DNA of 62,741 nucleotides. Source: Candidatus Latescibacterota bacterium (lineage in GTDB: Bacteria > Latescibacterota > UBA2968). How positions within the stretch are numbered: position 1 is the stretch's first letter; each line of letters begins with the position of its first letter. The stretch spans positions 1 to 62,741 of the forward strand of contig JAYODI010000026.1 in the NCBI GenBank assembly GCA_038279365.1, written 5' to 3'. Under the pieces are notes generated by a model. That model saw nothing but the letters and a program-made list of their open reading frames with translations. It did no database searches and had not been told where the DNA came from. A program made the position numbers and the translations under genes. Of the stretch, positions 48,801 to 57,976 are shown one piece after another.

Positions 48801-49669
48801 AACCGATTCATCAAGTGGCACCTGTTTACCCAGAAATAGCGCGTAAAGCGGGTTTGACGGGTAAGGTGTTTTTGAAGTTTCGTGTGAATGTGGATGGCAG
48901 CGTGAGTGATGTTTCAGTGTTGAGAGGGCAACAAATTTTCCGAAAAGCCGCAATGGAGGCGATTGAAAAATTCCGTTTCAAGCCCGCCGAATATGACGGC
49001 AAAATTGTTGCTGTGTGGATGACTCAACCCGTGAGTTTCAGATTGGGATTGGGAAAACCATTAGAAGCACAAACGCTTGATTTGGGAACCTTTACCATAA
49101 AAGTACCAAATGGTCATGATGGCAACGCATTGATACAACCTCGCCTGACCTTAAATGTCATATCGGCGGGTGCGGCAGATGTGATCACTGACGATTTGGA
49201 CAAAGCACAAAAAATGGCATCGTCTTATCTGTCTTCAATTCCTTTAGATCAGTGGGTATCGGCAGAACAACAAAATGCAATTTTAGAAGGTGTGCGAGAG
49301 CAAGTGAATGTCGGTTTTGGTGCGCCATTGATTAACAGTGTGACGTTTTCAAACCTCACCTTAACCCCTTCCGAATATCTCGCTGAGAATCGGGAATTCA
49401 AACTACACACCAATTTCCCAAATCCATTTAATCCTGAAACGGCGATTCAATATGAAGTGGCCGAACCCGTTTTTGTGAGAATGGAAATCTACAACGTCAC
49501 TGGGCAAGTCATTCGTACATTGGTTGCAGAAGACAAATCTCCTGGCAAATATGAAACACGGTGGGATGGCAAAGATGATCAGGGCAAACTTGTCGCAAGT
49601 GGTGTCTATTATTATCACATCAATGCGGGATCATTCAATGCCGTAAAGAAAATGCAACTGGTGAAGTAA
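45800..49669 (+). CDS. BlaR1/M56 metallopeptidase fused to four TonB C-terminal domains, ExbD-like and FliL-like domains and an FlgD-Ig-like tail
   Basis: HELAH, NPLIW, RELRCD; four YP..A...G..G.V repeats; NFPNPFNPET...WDGKD..G..VASGVY. Confidence 0.85.
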   Translation: MIHTLIQLAESWWPLYAVHMLETSLFILVVWALDRWVHLDTRLRYSLWLCALVKTFVPPFYALPLPTFLSEAPTPVQPVSFGGEAVWSEMSYVAPVALPPEPIPMVFWAFTLWSVSVIVFVGMTLWRNLAFQRTLGIANPVSLSGDLDDLTQGANLKVFSKANLTSPLLVGVVKPRLYLPSTWQTWTPTQLRGIVAHELAHYHNRDLWALAFQVLATVFCGLNPLIWLVNRRLAHLRELRCDEDALLKSGISPVEYGKLLYAFLDANAHPGLPALGFNEKDTPLKKRFEHVLNFKGGTMKRSKWQYAIPVLVALAIVPFSIRETYSQPQEVVQKASDTPLLNTPSSEQGRIRVKPIKRIPASYPESAEKNGIEGYVLAELTIDPDGTVSGITMLEGDTMFLNSVTTALLQYRYTPFTHANSIKKKQIIAFQLAGDSRPVYSPAEEVMKKSDFGLMVVMGEAPGANSENKTSTVSADVLTRVDFMPLGEKHVKMSLLVGVDGATPRDQEVLKANRSEILKTIHKIVSGDGRDVFYEEGMRFQVRQEIRFMLEHQLKVKIKDVKLGDAQAKTELTQMSDIWVNYKGDMLINMNKAVTVNELEASFRSLKNDQNTKTLLMRVDRGAPQHIIDAIQQSATRVGIEVRDTGGPPLIQEPSGITQADGLQILQFFKVDHKPKPITKVDPIYPPNAKAKGLTGKVFLKFLIHTDGSVSDVKVLRGKEEFHQAAIDAILQYKFEPAKHQGQIVPVWMTQPISFQLENSLDKSESSTPESDMLKVLETRNAERNQILDASQVDEKPHPARIVTPQYPEEAKAQGIEGNVLVSGVVNTDGTVSDLKIVSGDEMFHESALVAAKQMRFRPAKHQGQTVPVRLTMPMDFRLKSSQSNRQLPLGLRGGFFGNKRMSEIWINTKGDLLIDQSKAVTLETLGSELAQLKEQKNIDTILLKPDVKTPMDHVQKVLDVVGQTGLKVHMFSFDPAELKERNRPKDLNNIEFYQADVKPEPIHQVAPVYPEIARKAGLTGKVFLKFRVNVDGSVSDVSVLRGQQIFRKAAMEAIEKFRFKPAEYDGKIVAVWMTQPVSFRLGLGKPLEAQTLDLGTFTIKVPNGHDGNALIQPRLTLNVISAGAADVITDDLDKAQKMASSYLSSIPLDQWVSAEQQNAILEGVREQVNVGFGAPLINSVTFSNLTLTPSEYLAENREFKLHTNFPNPFNPETAIQYEVAEPVFVRMEIYNVTGQVIRTLVAEDKSPGKYETRWDGKDDQGKLVASGVYYYHINAGSFNAVKKMQLVK

Positions 49670-49990
49670 GGCTTAGAAGAGATGTTGCATGGTACACGGG
49701 TTTTGCAAAACAAGGAACTCGATTTAATAAATCGGAAATGGCTTCCTTGTGTTTTTGATCTTCAGTCCGGAGGACTTCGTAATCATTGCACGGGAATTCA
49801 TTCCCGTGCGGGTCGCAAGCGGTGTCTATTATTATCACATCAATGCGAGATCATTCAATGCCGTAAAGAAAATGCAGTTGGTCAAATAAGTCTTTGAAGT
49901 GATAGTGCACCAGTTTTGCAAAACAAGGAACTCGATTTAATAAATCGGAAATGGCTTCCTTGTGCTTTTGATCTTCAGTCCGAAGGACTT
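49592..49990 (+). repeat. imperfect tandem duplication of the gene 3' end and downstream DNA
   Basis: 49592-49670 resembles 49812-49890, and 49700-49777 resembles 49913-49990. Confidence 0.9.
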
Positions 49991-50151
49991 TTCCATTGTA
50001 GTGCAGGAAACGCAAGTTCAGCGAAGCTCATTCATTCCTGCGCGAAGGTGATGTGGTTCCCGAAGTCATTTTTCAATCTCCATCATTCCTGTGCTTTTGA
50101 TCTTCAGTCCGAAGGACTTGCCCTATCATTGCACGGGAATTCATTCCCGTG
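49749..50151. repeat. cluster of short REP-like palindromic repeats
   Basis: ttttgatcttcagtccg(g/a)aggactt occurs three times; gcacgggaattcattcccgtgc occurs twice (~49788 and ~50131). Confidence 0.7.
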
Positions 50152-50227
50152 CCTAACCTCCTTTTCAATCTCAATTCCCTGCAAAACCCGTATTATGTTT
50201 TTCCCAAATAAATAGGTCACACACGCT

Positions 50228-52069
50228 ATGAAACAATCACACGTAATCATAGTAATCCTCTTGACGCTATGCGCCTGTTCCCCCGGCATAGACACCTATG
50301 TCCGCCAACTGCAATACCCCAACACAGATATGCGGGTTTACGCCGCTGAAAAGTTAGGCCAAAGCAAAAATCCCAACGCCGTGCCACACCTTATCCAAGC
50401 CCTAAACGATGAAAAGCTCAGTGTGCGTTTGGCTGCCATAGACGCTTTAGGTTATTTACAAGATCATCGCGCCACCCAGTCGCTTTTGCCATTTTTGCGC
50501 AATGAACGCTTGCGGTTTGTATTTGCCACCATAGAAGCTTTGGGGCGTATAGGCGATCCCGATGCGGTTGATTCATTGAATGCGATTGTTGCCGATAACC
50601 TGCCCACCATTCGCCTTGCTGCCATTGATGCTTTGGGGCAAATAGGAAGCCCCAAGGCAACGGATGTATTGACCGAACAATTCAAAAATCCATCATCCGA
50701 TGTCAGGCGAATGACCGCACTTGCAATGGCGCGTATTGCAGATCGGAAAACGATGGGGGTGCTTATTGAATCACTTGCCGATCCTTCGGATGCGGTTTCC
50801 AAGATGGCCTGTTATGCCTTAGATAAAATGGATGCCCAGTGGCGGAATGGAGAGGAAGCCAAGACCGCTCTCTCCCAATTCAAATATGACCTCATGATGA
50901 AAGACATTGTTGACAATGATGCAATTCTCAAACGTTATGGACTGCTCAAAGGGTTAAACACAATTGATCCCAATTGGCACCATCGTGCGTGGGGAGAAGC
51001 GGTTACTCGGCACTACGAAGGCTATCTCAATAGCCCAATCCCTCGCGAACGGTGGATGGCTGCACGTGTGTTGGGTGACATCGGAGATGTGCGTGCTATT
51101 GATGCACTCTTGGCGTGTTTAAACCATGAAGATCGGGGCGTGAGCAAAAATGCGATTTTGTCATTGGGCAAATTAGGTGATCGGCGTGTCCTTCCCTCAT
51201 TAAGAGAAATATTGTCTGGTGACGATTTACAACTTAAAAGCGCAACCGCCACGGCATTGGCCGACTTGGGTGACACAACAGCCATTCCTTTGCTCATGGA
51301 TCAAATCACGCCAGAGATCATGCAATTGCGCATTGGGCGAATAGGCAGAGACATTGCATATAGCATCGCCAATGCCTTAGGCAAATTAAAGGCCACACAA
51401 AGTGTCGATCTCCTGATGCAATTGGTGACCCATTCCCAATCGGGAACACGTGTTCAAGCTCTTCGCGCATTGGGCAATATTGGAGATTTCAAAGCCACTT
51501 CCAGTGTGCGATTGGCTTTGGTGGACCGTGATTTTCATGTGCGAACAACAGCGGTTAAGACATTGGCCAAGTTGGGTGATGTGCATGCTGTTAACGATTT
51601 AATCACACTGTTGGGAAGCGGGAAAGTATCTGACCCGCTTTTGGTTGAATCATTGGATCGTTTGGAGCCACGCTGGCGAGAACGAAAGTTGGCCCAATCA
51701 CAAATTTCGCAGCTGATTGCACAATACAAGTCTGGTAACACACAAGACCAAAAAGACATCATCGCTGTATTGGCAGAGGTGGGTGGGGCACGTGCAGATG
51801 AGATTTTGTCGGAGGTTTTAAAGAAGCGCAATCTGTTGCTTATTGCCCAGGCCCATAAATACTATATCACACAAGGTATTTCTCAAGCTTTACCCGTTTT
51901 AAAACATGCCTTAGAAGCCTATGGCAACGAAAGAATGGTCAAAGTCTATCTGGCTTCTGGCTACGAACCCTTATCTCAAGCAGCCCGCATCTGGGCACAC
52001 GATCATGGTATGGCGCTTGTCTCTGGCCTTGATATGGAACCCGAAGTAGGCATTTGGGCAGGTGGTTGA
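50228..52069 (+). CDS. HEAT-repeat lipoprotein
   Basis: LCAC lipobox; many VR..A..ALG.IGD..A repeats. Confidence 0.85.
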   Translation: MKQSHVIIVILLTLCACSPGIDTYVRQLQYPNTDMRVYAAEKLGQSKNPNAVPHLIQALNDEKLSVRLAAIDALGYLQDHRATQSLLPFLRNERLRFVFATIEALGRIGDPDAVDSLNAIVADNLPTIRLAAIDALGQIGSPKATDVLTEQFKNPSSDVRRMTALAMARIADRKTMGVLIESLADPSDAVSKMACYALDKMDAQWRNGEEAKTALSQFKYDLMMKDIVDNDAILKRYGLLKGLNTIDPNWHHRAWGEAVTRHYEGYLNSPIPRERWMAARVLGDIGDVRAIDALLACLNHEDRGVSKNAILSLGKLGDRRVLPSLREILSGDDLQLKSATATALADLGDTTAIPLLMDQITPEIMQLRIGRIGRDIAYSIANALGKLKATQSVDLLMQLVTHSQSGTRVQALRALGNIGDFKATSSVRLALVDRDFHVRTTAVKTLAKLGDVHAVNDLITLLGSGKVSDPLLVESLDRLEPRWRERKLAQSQISQLIAQYKSGNTQDQKDIIAVLAEVGGARADEILSEVLKKRNLLLIAQAHKYYITQGISQALPVLKHALEAYGNERMVKVYLASGYEPLSQAARIWAHDHGMALVSGLDMEPEVGIWAGG

Positions 52070-52165
52070 TGCGTAAGGCAAAATTGTTTACTTGACATCT
52101 GCTCCATTGACGTTCATACATACGTGTGAACGTTTTTTATTTTTTCACATTATCAAGAGGGCCAT

Positions 52166-53176
52166 ATGGCAAAAAGAGCTACCAAAAAAACCGCAAAGAA
52201 GTCGCACAGTCGCAAAACCGTAAAAGTCGCTATCATTGGTGCTGGGGGGCGTGCGGTGAGTGCGCATTACCCATCCTTACAAGATATGCCCGATGTGAAA
52301 ATCGTGGGCGTGTCTGAGTTAAACGAAACCCGTTTGCAAACGGTAGGGGCGAAATTTGGCATCAAGGGATTGTATACCAATTATGTGGAGATGATAGAAA
52401 AAGAAAAGCCCGACGTGGTCTACGCCATCATGCCTCCCCATCATATGTATGATGTGTGTGCAAATGTGATTCAAATGGGGTGTCACCTGATGATCGAAAA
52501 ACCCCCCTTTGTCACCACAGAGCAAACCCGCCAAATGGCTATTTTGGCACGAAAGCACAATGTTTTAACAGGGGTGACCTTTCAACGCCGGTTTGCACCT
52601 GTGATTCGAACGGGCAAAAGCATCTGTGAAAAGAAAGGCCCCGTTCACAGTGCCGTGTCAACGTTTTACAAATGCGCCGTGGGTGGCGCACCTTATTACA
52701 ATGGGGCCATTGATATTTTGACGTGTGATGCCATTCATGCTGTTGATACCTTGCGCTATTTGTGTGGTGGTGAGGTCGAAAGTGTGGCCAGCGATGTGCG
52801 CCGATTAGATGCCGAACATTGCAACATTCACCAAGCCCTCATCCGGTTTTCTTCGGGTGCAACAGGGGTGTTGCTCACCAATTGGATGACGGGGCGGCGT
52901 ATGTTTACGGTTGAAATCCATAGTCCAGGTATTTCTGTGTTTGGAGATCCTGAAGAAGGTGGGAAGGTGTATGCCGATGGCAAGGTTCAAGCCGTTCAAG
53001 AACTCGACCCATTTGCCATGACCAAAAGCAAAGCCGAGCATGTTGCCTACGGTGCATTTGCCACCAACAGACATCTCATCGATTGTGTCAAAAACGGCAA
53101 ACAACCCGAAACCAACTTTGCTGATGCGGTAAAATCTATGGAGTTGGTCGACGCCATTTATAACGCACAAATTTAA
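52166..53176 (+). CDS. Gfo/Idh/MocA oxidoreductase
   Basis: IIGAGG, IEKPP, DAIHAVD. Confidence 0.88.
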   Translation: MAKRATKKTAKKSHSRKTVKVAIIGAGGRAVSAHYPSLQDMPDVKIVGVSELNETRLQTVGAKFGIKGLYTNYVEMIEKEKPDVVYAIMPPHHMYDVCANVIQMGCHLMIEKPPFVTTEQTRQMAILARKHNVLTGVTFQRRFAPVIRTGKSICEKKGPVHSAVSTFYKCAVGGAPYYNGAIDILTCDAIHAVDTLRYLCGGEVESVASDVRRLDAEHCNIHQALIRFSSGATGVLLTNWMTGRRMFTVEIHSPGISVFGDPEEGGKVYADGKVQAVQELDPFAMTKSKAEHVAYGAFATNRHLIDCVKNGKQPETNFADAVKSMELVDAIYNAQI

Positions 53177-53211
53177 GAGCCAAAACACATGCTTATAGGA
53201 AAGGAAACACC

Positions 53212-54030
53212 ATGCATTATATTATGTTCACCAAACATTTAGAAGGGTATGACGTTCCCCAAATTATCGAAGCTTTGTTATCGGCTGGTGTTAAGGGTGC
53301 CGACTTATGTACCCGCCCTGGTTATCCCGTCAATCCCGAAAATGTTGCCACGGCATTGCCCGCTGCAGCCAAGCAGTTTGCAGAGGCGGGGTTGGATATT
53401 CCACTGGTAACCACACCCGGTGACTTTGTCACACCCGACATAGATTATGCCGAAACCCTTTATGCCGCTTGTGCCGAAGCAGGTGTGCGCCATATTAAAT
53501 TGGGCTATTGGCATTTTAAACCCGGTATGGATTATTGGACCGAGTTGGATGTGGTGCGTGGGCATTTGGATGGGTTTCAAAAGCTGTCTGAAAAACATGG
53601 TGTACAAACGGTTGTTCACAACCATTCGGGTTTGTCTATGGGGCTTAATTCTTGTGCAGCCATGAATGTGGTCAAAGGGTTTGATCCCAAGCTTGTGGGC
53701 ATTTTTACCGATCCGGGGCATTTGTCTATTTGTGGTGAGCCCATTCAAATGGCGCTGAGCATTGTGAAAGATTATGTGTCCATTTTGTCATTTAAAGACC
53801 TGATCAAAGCCCAACAAGAACGCAATGGCAAAATGAGTTGGGTAACCAAGGTGGTACCCTTGGGCACAGGTTTTGGTGATTTCCCTGCCTTGTTGCAAAC
53901 CCTTAAATCCATGAACTACAATGGGGCCATCAGCTTTCACAGCGAATACAGTGGTGAAACACCCGAGCGCATTGTTGAGTTGGCACGCAACGATGTGAAA
54001 TTTATTGATGGGTTGTTGGCCAATATGTAG
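53212..54030 (+). CDS. sugar-phosphate isomerase/epimerase (xylose-isomerase-like TIM barrel)
   Basis: HNHSG, DPGH, KD, HSEY. Confidence 0.85.
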   Translation: MHYIMFTKHLEGYDVPQIIEALLSAGVKGADLCTRPGYPVNPENVATALPAAAKQFAEAGLDIPLVTTPGDFVTPDIDYAETLYAACAEAGVRHIKLGYWHFKPGMDYWTELDVVRGHLDGFQKLSEKHGVQTVVHNHSGLSMGLNSCAAMNVVKGFDPKLVGIFTDPGHLSICGEPIQMALSIVKDYVSILSFKDLIKAQQERNGKMSWVTKVVPLGTGFGDFPALLQTLKSMNYNGAISFHSEYSGETPERIVELARNDVKFIDGLLANM

Positions 54031-54055
54031 TGTGATGTGGGGCAACATTGAAGTT

Positions 54056-54098
54056 AAAAAAAAGGCGATGAAATTTTATATTTCATCGCCTTTTTTTT
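54056..54098. terminator. bidirectional terminator
   Basis: A8-ggcgatgaaat/atttcatcgcc-T8. Confidence 0.8.
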
Positions 54099-54134
54099 AA
54101 TAAACAGTGTGGATGTTGCGTGTTTGTGTATGTC

Positions 54135-54743
54135 TTAGGCCAAGTGGCCATTGCCACGTGTGCGACGTTTGATTTCTGCAAGGTCTGCGATGACATTGTT
54201 TAAGATGTTCATCATCAGTTGTAATCGATTGTTTACGGAGGTTTCTTCTAAAAGGGCCTGTTGTTTTTCATGTGGGAGACTGAGGTTGGCGGCAACAATA
54301 TATGAAATAAGGCTCAAGTTTTCTGTGGGCGGCGGGGGTGTGGCCCAACCAATAGAGAGTTTGAGCGCTTGGGTATAAAGCTGTTTGAGCTGGTTGCCCA
54401 AGTCAATGTTATAAGGCTCAGTGTCATCTTCTATGTCTTCTACAAAACCCGATATATACGAGTGAATGTCTTGGCGACTGATCACTCGAAAACGTTTCAT
54501 CCCCTCAATGATAATGTTCATGCGGCCATCGGGAAATTCTTCAACCACTTGCACAATCCGCGCAGAACACCCCACATCGCTAAATTGGTCATCCGTGCCC
54601 CAAACAAGACCGAATTCTGAATCTCGATCCAAACATTCTCGAATCATTTGTTGATAGCGATCTTCAAATATATGAAGCGGTACTTTGCGTGTGGGCAAAA
54701 GGACCATGTCCAGTGGAAAGAGAGGCAATTCGTTGTTGGCCAT
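54135..54743 (-). CDS. Lon peptidase substrate-binding (N-domain only) protein
   Basis: LPLFPL.MVLLP...PLHIFE.RY, DGR.NI...G..RF, KQQALLE. Confidence 0.88.
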   Translation of the reverse strand: MANNELPLFPLDMVLLPTRKVPLHIFEDRYQQMIRECLDRDSEFGLVWGTDDQFSDVGCSARIVQVVEEFPDGRMNIIIEGMKRFRVISRQDIHSYISGFVEDIEDDTEPYNIDLGNQLKQLYTQALKLSIGWATPPPPTENLSLISYIVAANLSLPHEKQQALLEETSVNNRLQLMMNILNNVIADLAEIKRRTRGNGHLA

Positions 54744-54746
54744 ATT

Positions 54747-56951
54747 TTAATAGGGGGTATGAAGGTTGGCGATGCCAAAACGTTTTGGGTTGTTGGGCAT
54801 GCCATAAGTGGGTGTCCAGGTCCATCGGTTTTTGCTGGTGATCAGTGCGGTGTTGAAATGAAGATAGGGAATTGGGGTTGATGGGTCAAGGCCAAGGTCT
54901 TGTAGAGCTATGGCACCTTCCACAACCCAAGCTGTGTCTGTAAGGGTTTCTTTAAGCAGTAAGGTCGGGTCGCGTGTGATATCGCGCGCTGTTGGGGGGT
55001 AAATGGTAAAGACAAATGGAATTTGCGGTGTCAAAGCAGTTGCAAATGACAATTCGATATGGGATACGGTTTGTGTATCTGGGGTGGCCACTTTAACAGC
55101 AAAGAGCAGGTGTGTGTGATTGCGTGTGAGCCACGTTGTTATACGGGGTGCAATTTGGCCTGTGTGTGCATCGTCAACAAAGTGATTGATGTGTGCCGCA
55201 CCGTGCCATTCGGCATCGATTAACATGCCGTCAATCTGGGGTGTTGCGCCTCGGTCTTGTATTTCGGGTTTATCGGGATAATGGTCTTCTTCAGGATAGA
55301 ACATTTGGAGGATGCGAAACGCTGTGTTTTTGAGTGGGCTCGGTATCGCTTGGGTATAAATTTTCTCAATGTCTTTGGCCACGCGTTCATCACCAATGGT
55401 ACCCAATATTTCCAAACTTGTGATGTGACCGGCATAGGCCGAATCACGCAATGATCGGATAACACGAAAATTGCGGTTGCCCATTTCAACCAACTTGGCT
55501 GTTGCGGCGCGTGCCACGCCAAATTGGTTGTCGCGTGTTAGGTGAATGAGGTCGCGATAAATGGTTGGATCTGATGTGGTTGGGGGCAATGCCAGTATTA
55601 AGTAGTTGCGCGCAGAAATGTCTACACGTGAGATGAGTTCATACAGCTGAGAGGTGTCTTGGAAATTGGTGTATTGCAGCAACATGCGCGCGGCATATGC
55701 TTGGATTGTGGTATCTGGATCCAATAGGAGTTGTGTTAAATGGGTTGAAAGTATGGGGGTATTGCGCATAACGCGCACAAAAGCGGCACCCAAACGCACT
55801 TGCGGAAATGGGGATTCCAAAAGGGCTTCTATAAGCGGTTCTGAGAGAATGTCGGATCGGTTTTCGAGCGCAAGTGCCATTGAAAATTGTGTTTGGGGTG
55901 TGCTGATATATTCTGCCACAACACGCGCTTGTGCTTCTGGAGACAAATACGTGAGAGATTCAAGCACCCCATCGAGTGTGACGTGAAAGGGCACATGCTC
56001 AATCGATAGGTCTATTGCTGGAGCGTAAAATTTAGATTCAAAATAAACAGGTGACGTAAGGGTCTTGTGCGCCTCTGTTTGGCATTCGGCTCTGATATAG
56101 CGCTGTTGATCAAGCGGTATCTGAAAACGTGTTGAATACGTGTTTGTATTGGGTGTGGCAGACCAAATTATTTGCCCATCTGCAATGAGTTGGATGTGTG
56201 TAATGGGTGCTTGTGATGTGGCTGATAAACGGATGTTGATGTGGGCTTCTGCCAATAGGGTTGCACCGGGAGGGTGTTCGTCTACGCGAAAGTCTAACTG
56301 AATATCATTGGCTTCCGATACAATGGTCGATAGATCGTTGAACCCTGCAAACAGAGGATCGGGTTGGGGGGCTTCTGCCCAGACGTAGGTATGAGATGTG
56401 GGCAAAGCTTGTCCCACAATTCCAATGCGATGTCCTTGTGTGAGCAAGCTATCCCACAGTCCTCCCACTTGACAATCTGGATGCCAGCCCAAAGTATTGA
56501 TGGCTTGGAATAAGATGGGAGAGGGAAATGTGTGTGTGGTCGATTTGGGAAGTTGGGTCACAATGGCAACACCACCTTGTGAGGTGGCCCATTGGTGGAG
56601 TTCTTGAGGTGTGGTTTTGGGAATGGGGCTGCGTGGGTCAATGCCCATACAAATGATTACTTGTGAGCTGTCTAAAACAACGGCAGTGGCTAAAATAGGC
56701 GTTAATAGACTGGGGTCGTTAAATGTTTCTTCGCGCAAAAATTCTGACAGCCCGACAAAGTAACCTTCTTGGGGATGGTTATAAAAAATACGATAATCTA
56801 AATGATTGTCTAAGGCTGCTTGATAGTGGTGTGATATTTGCCCTGGTGGGTATAGGGCATACACACGTAGGTCTCCTGCATACCAATTCCAAGTGGCAAG
56901 ACACGGTTGTGACAGGAAGAGCAAACAGATGAAGAACGCATATTTTTTCAT
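54747..56951 (-). CDS. secreted multidomain protein (degenerate PHP-like, HEAT-like and CBM9-like parts)
   Basis: Signal peptide, WYAGDL, YIRAEC..TSPVY, helical repeats, PQIDG.L.D.EW. Confidence 0.6.
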   Translation of the reverse strand: MKKYAFFICLLFLSQPCLATWNWYAGDLRVYALYPPGQISHHYQAALDNHLDYRIFYNHPQEGYFVGLSEFLREETFNDPSLLTPILATAVVLDSSQVIICMGIDPRSPIPKTTPQELHQWATSQGGVAIVTQLPKSTTHTFPSPILFQAINTLGWHPDCQVGGLWDSLLTQGHRIGIVGQALPTSHTYVWAEAPQPDPLFAGFNDLSTIVSEANDIQLDFRVDEHPPGATLLAEAHINIRLSATSQAPITHIQLIADGQIIWSATPNTNTYSTRFQIPLDQQRYIRAECQTEAHKTLTSPVYFESKFYAPAIDLSIEHVPFHVTLDGVLESLTYLSPEAQARVVAEYISTPQTQFSMALALENRSDILSEPLIEALLESPFPQVRLGAAFVRVMRNTPILSTHLTQLLLDPDTTIQAYAARMLLQYTNFQDTSQLYELISRVDISARNYLILALPPTTSDPTIYRDLIHLTRDNQFGVARAATAKLVEMGNRNFRVIRSLRDSAYAGHITSLEILGTIGDERVAKDIEKIYTQAIPSPLKNTAFRILQMFYPEEDHYPDKPEIQDRGATPQIDGMLIDAEWHGAAHINHFVDDAHTGQIAPRITTWLTRNHTHLLFAVKVATPDTQTVSHIELSFATALTPQIPFVFTIYPPTARDITRDPTLLLKETLTDTAWVVEGAIALQDLGLDPSTPIPYLHFNTALITSKNRWTWTPTYGMPNNPKRFGIANLHTPY

Positions 56952-56987
56952 GGTATGCCTGACACTGTTATTTTATGGAGCCGTTAG

Positions 56988-57037
56988 AAAAAAAGAATCC
57001 AGAAGTGCGAATGGTGGGCAGGCTTCTGGATTCTTTT
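56988..57037 (-). terminator. terminator after the second lysR
   Basis: aaaagaatccagaag/cttctggattctttt stem with a T tract on the minus strand. Confidence 0.65.
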
Positions 57038-57064
57038 GTTTTTAACGATTGCATATCCCGATCA

Positions 57065-57973
57065 TTACTTTGCGGGTATAAAGGGGGTTTTGCCTGCACC
57101 CTCAAGCAATACATCGAGCAATTTTTGAGTGGCAACAGAAAGGCTACGCCCTTTGCGATACAAAATCCCTAAGGGGCGTACAAAACCTTTGTCGTCAAAC
57201 GGGATGTAACTGATTGCGTTGCGCTCAATTTCTTCATCAATGGAATTGAGCGGTACAATAGAGATACCAATGTCTACCTCAACCGCATGTTTCATCGTTG
57301 CAATGTGATCCAATTCCATCACCACATTGGGGCGCACATTGTGCTTGCGAAAGAAGCGGTCTATGGCTTTGCGTGTGGGGGTTTCTTGTGTGAAAAGGAT
57401 CAGAGGATAGTCGGCCAAATCTTTGGCCTCCACGGTGTCATTGTCGGTCAGTTTGTGGTTGGGTGGCGTAATGACGACCATTTGGTTTTCTGTAAATTCA
57501 ATAACATCTACATTGCGTTGAGCCCGTGGGTAAGGCACAATGCCCAAGTCGATTTCACTGCTGCTGACATCATCATAAATTTTTTGTGCTTGGTCATATT
57601 GTAAGCGAAAATTCACCCTGGGATAGGCTTTGAGATAAGATTTCAGATACGGAGCCAGCTCAAGCATCCCCACGCTGTAAATAGATGCCAAGCGCACCGT
57701 ACCGGATACCACACCGCCCAAGGCCTGAATGCGGTGTTCCATTTCTTCAAAACGACGCACAATTTCACGTGCATATCGATAAAAAATTTCACCTTCGGCA
57801 GTAAGGGTTAAACGGCGTTTTTCTCGTTCAATCAGCTGTTTTCCTTGTCGTTTTTCAATGCTTTTGAGTTGTTGGCTCACGGCCGATTGGGTAACCGCAT
57901 TGAGCAAGGCCGTTTTGGAAAAGCTCTGTGTTTCCACTAAGTCACAAAAGACTTTCAAACTTGCAATAAGCAC
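57065..57973 (-). CDS. LysR family transcriptional regulator
   Basis: SFSKTA..N.VTQSAVSQQLK HTH plus substrate-binding domain. Confidence 0.9.
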   Translation of the reverse strand: MLIASLKVFCDLVETQSFSKTALLNAVTQSAVSQQLKSIEKRQGKQLIEREKRRLTLTAEGEIFYRYAREIVRRFEEMEHRIQALGGVVSGTVRLASIYSVGMLELAPYLKSYLKAYPRVNFRLQYDQAQKIYDDVSSSEIDLGIVPYPRAQRNVDVIEFTENQMVVITPPNHKLTDNDTVEAKDLADYPLILFTQETPTRKAIDRFFRKHNVRPNVVMELDHIATMKHAVEVDIGISIVPLNSIDEEIERNAISYIPFDDKGFVRPLGILYRKGRSLSVATQKLLDVLLEGAGKTPFIPAK

Positions 57974-57976
57974 GGG

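Noticed and set aside
49592-49890. Diversity-generating retroelement VR/TR pair
   Set aside because: The differences are not adenine-specific, and there is no reverse transcriptase in the window
49749-50151. CRISPR array
   Set aside because: Only 2-3 copies with irregular spacing and partly duplicated 'spacers'; no cas genes
49682-50215. 71-aa and 99-aa ORFs
   Set aside because: They lie entirely within duplicated palindromic DNA and have no RBS or motif
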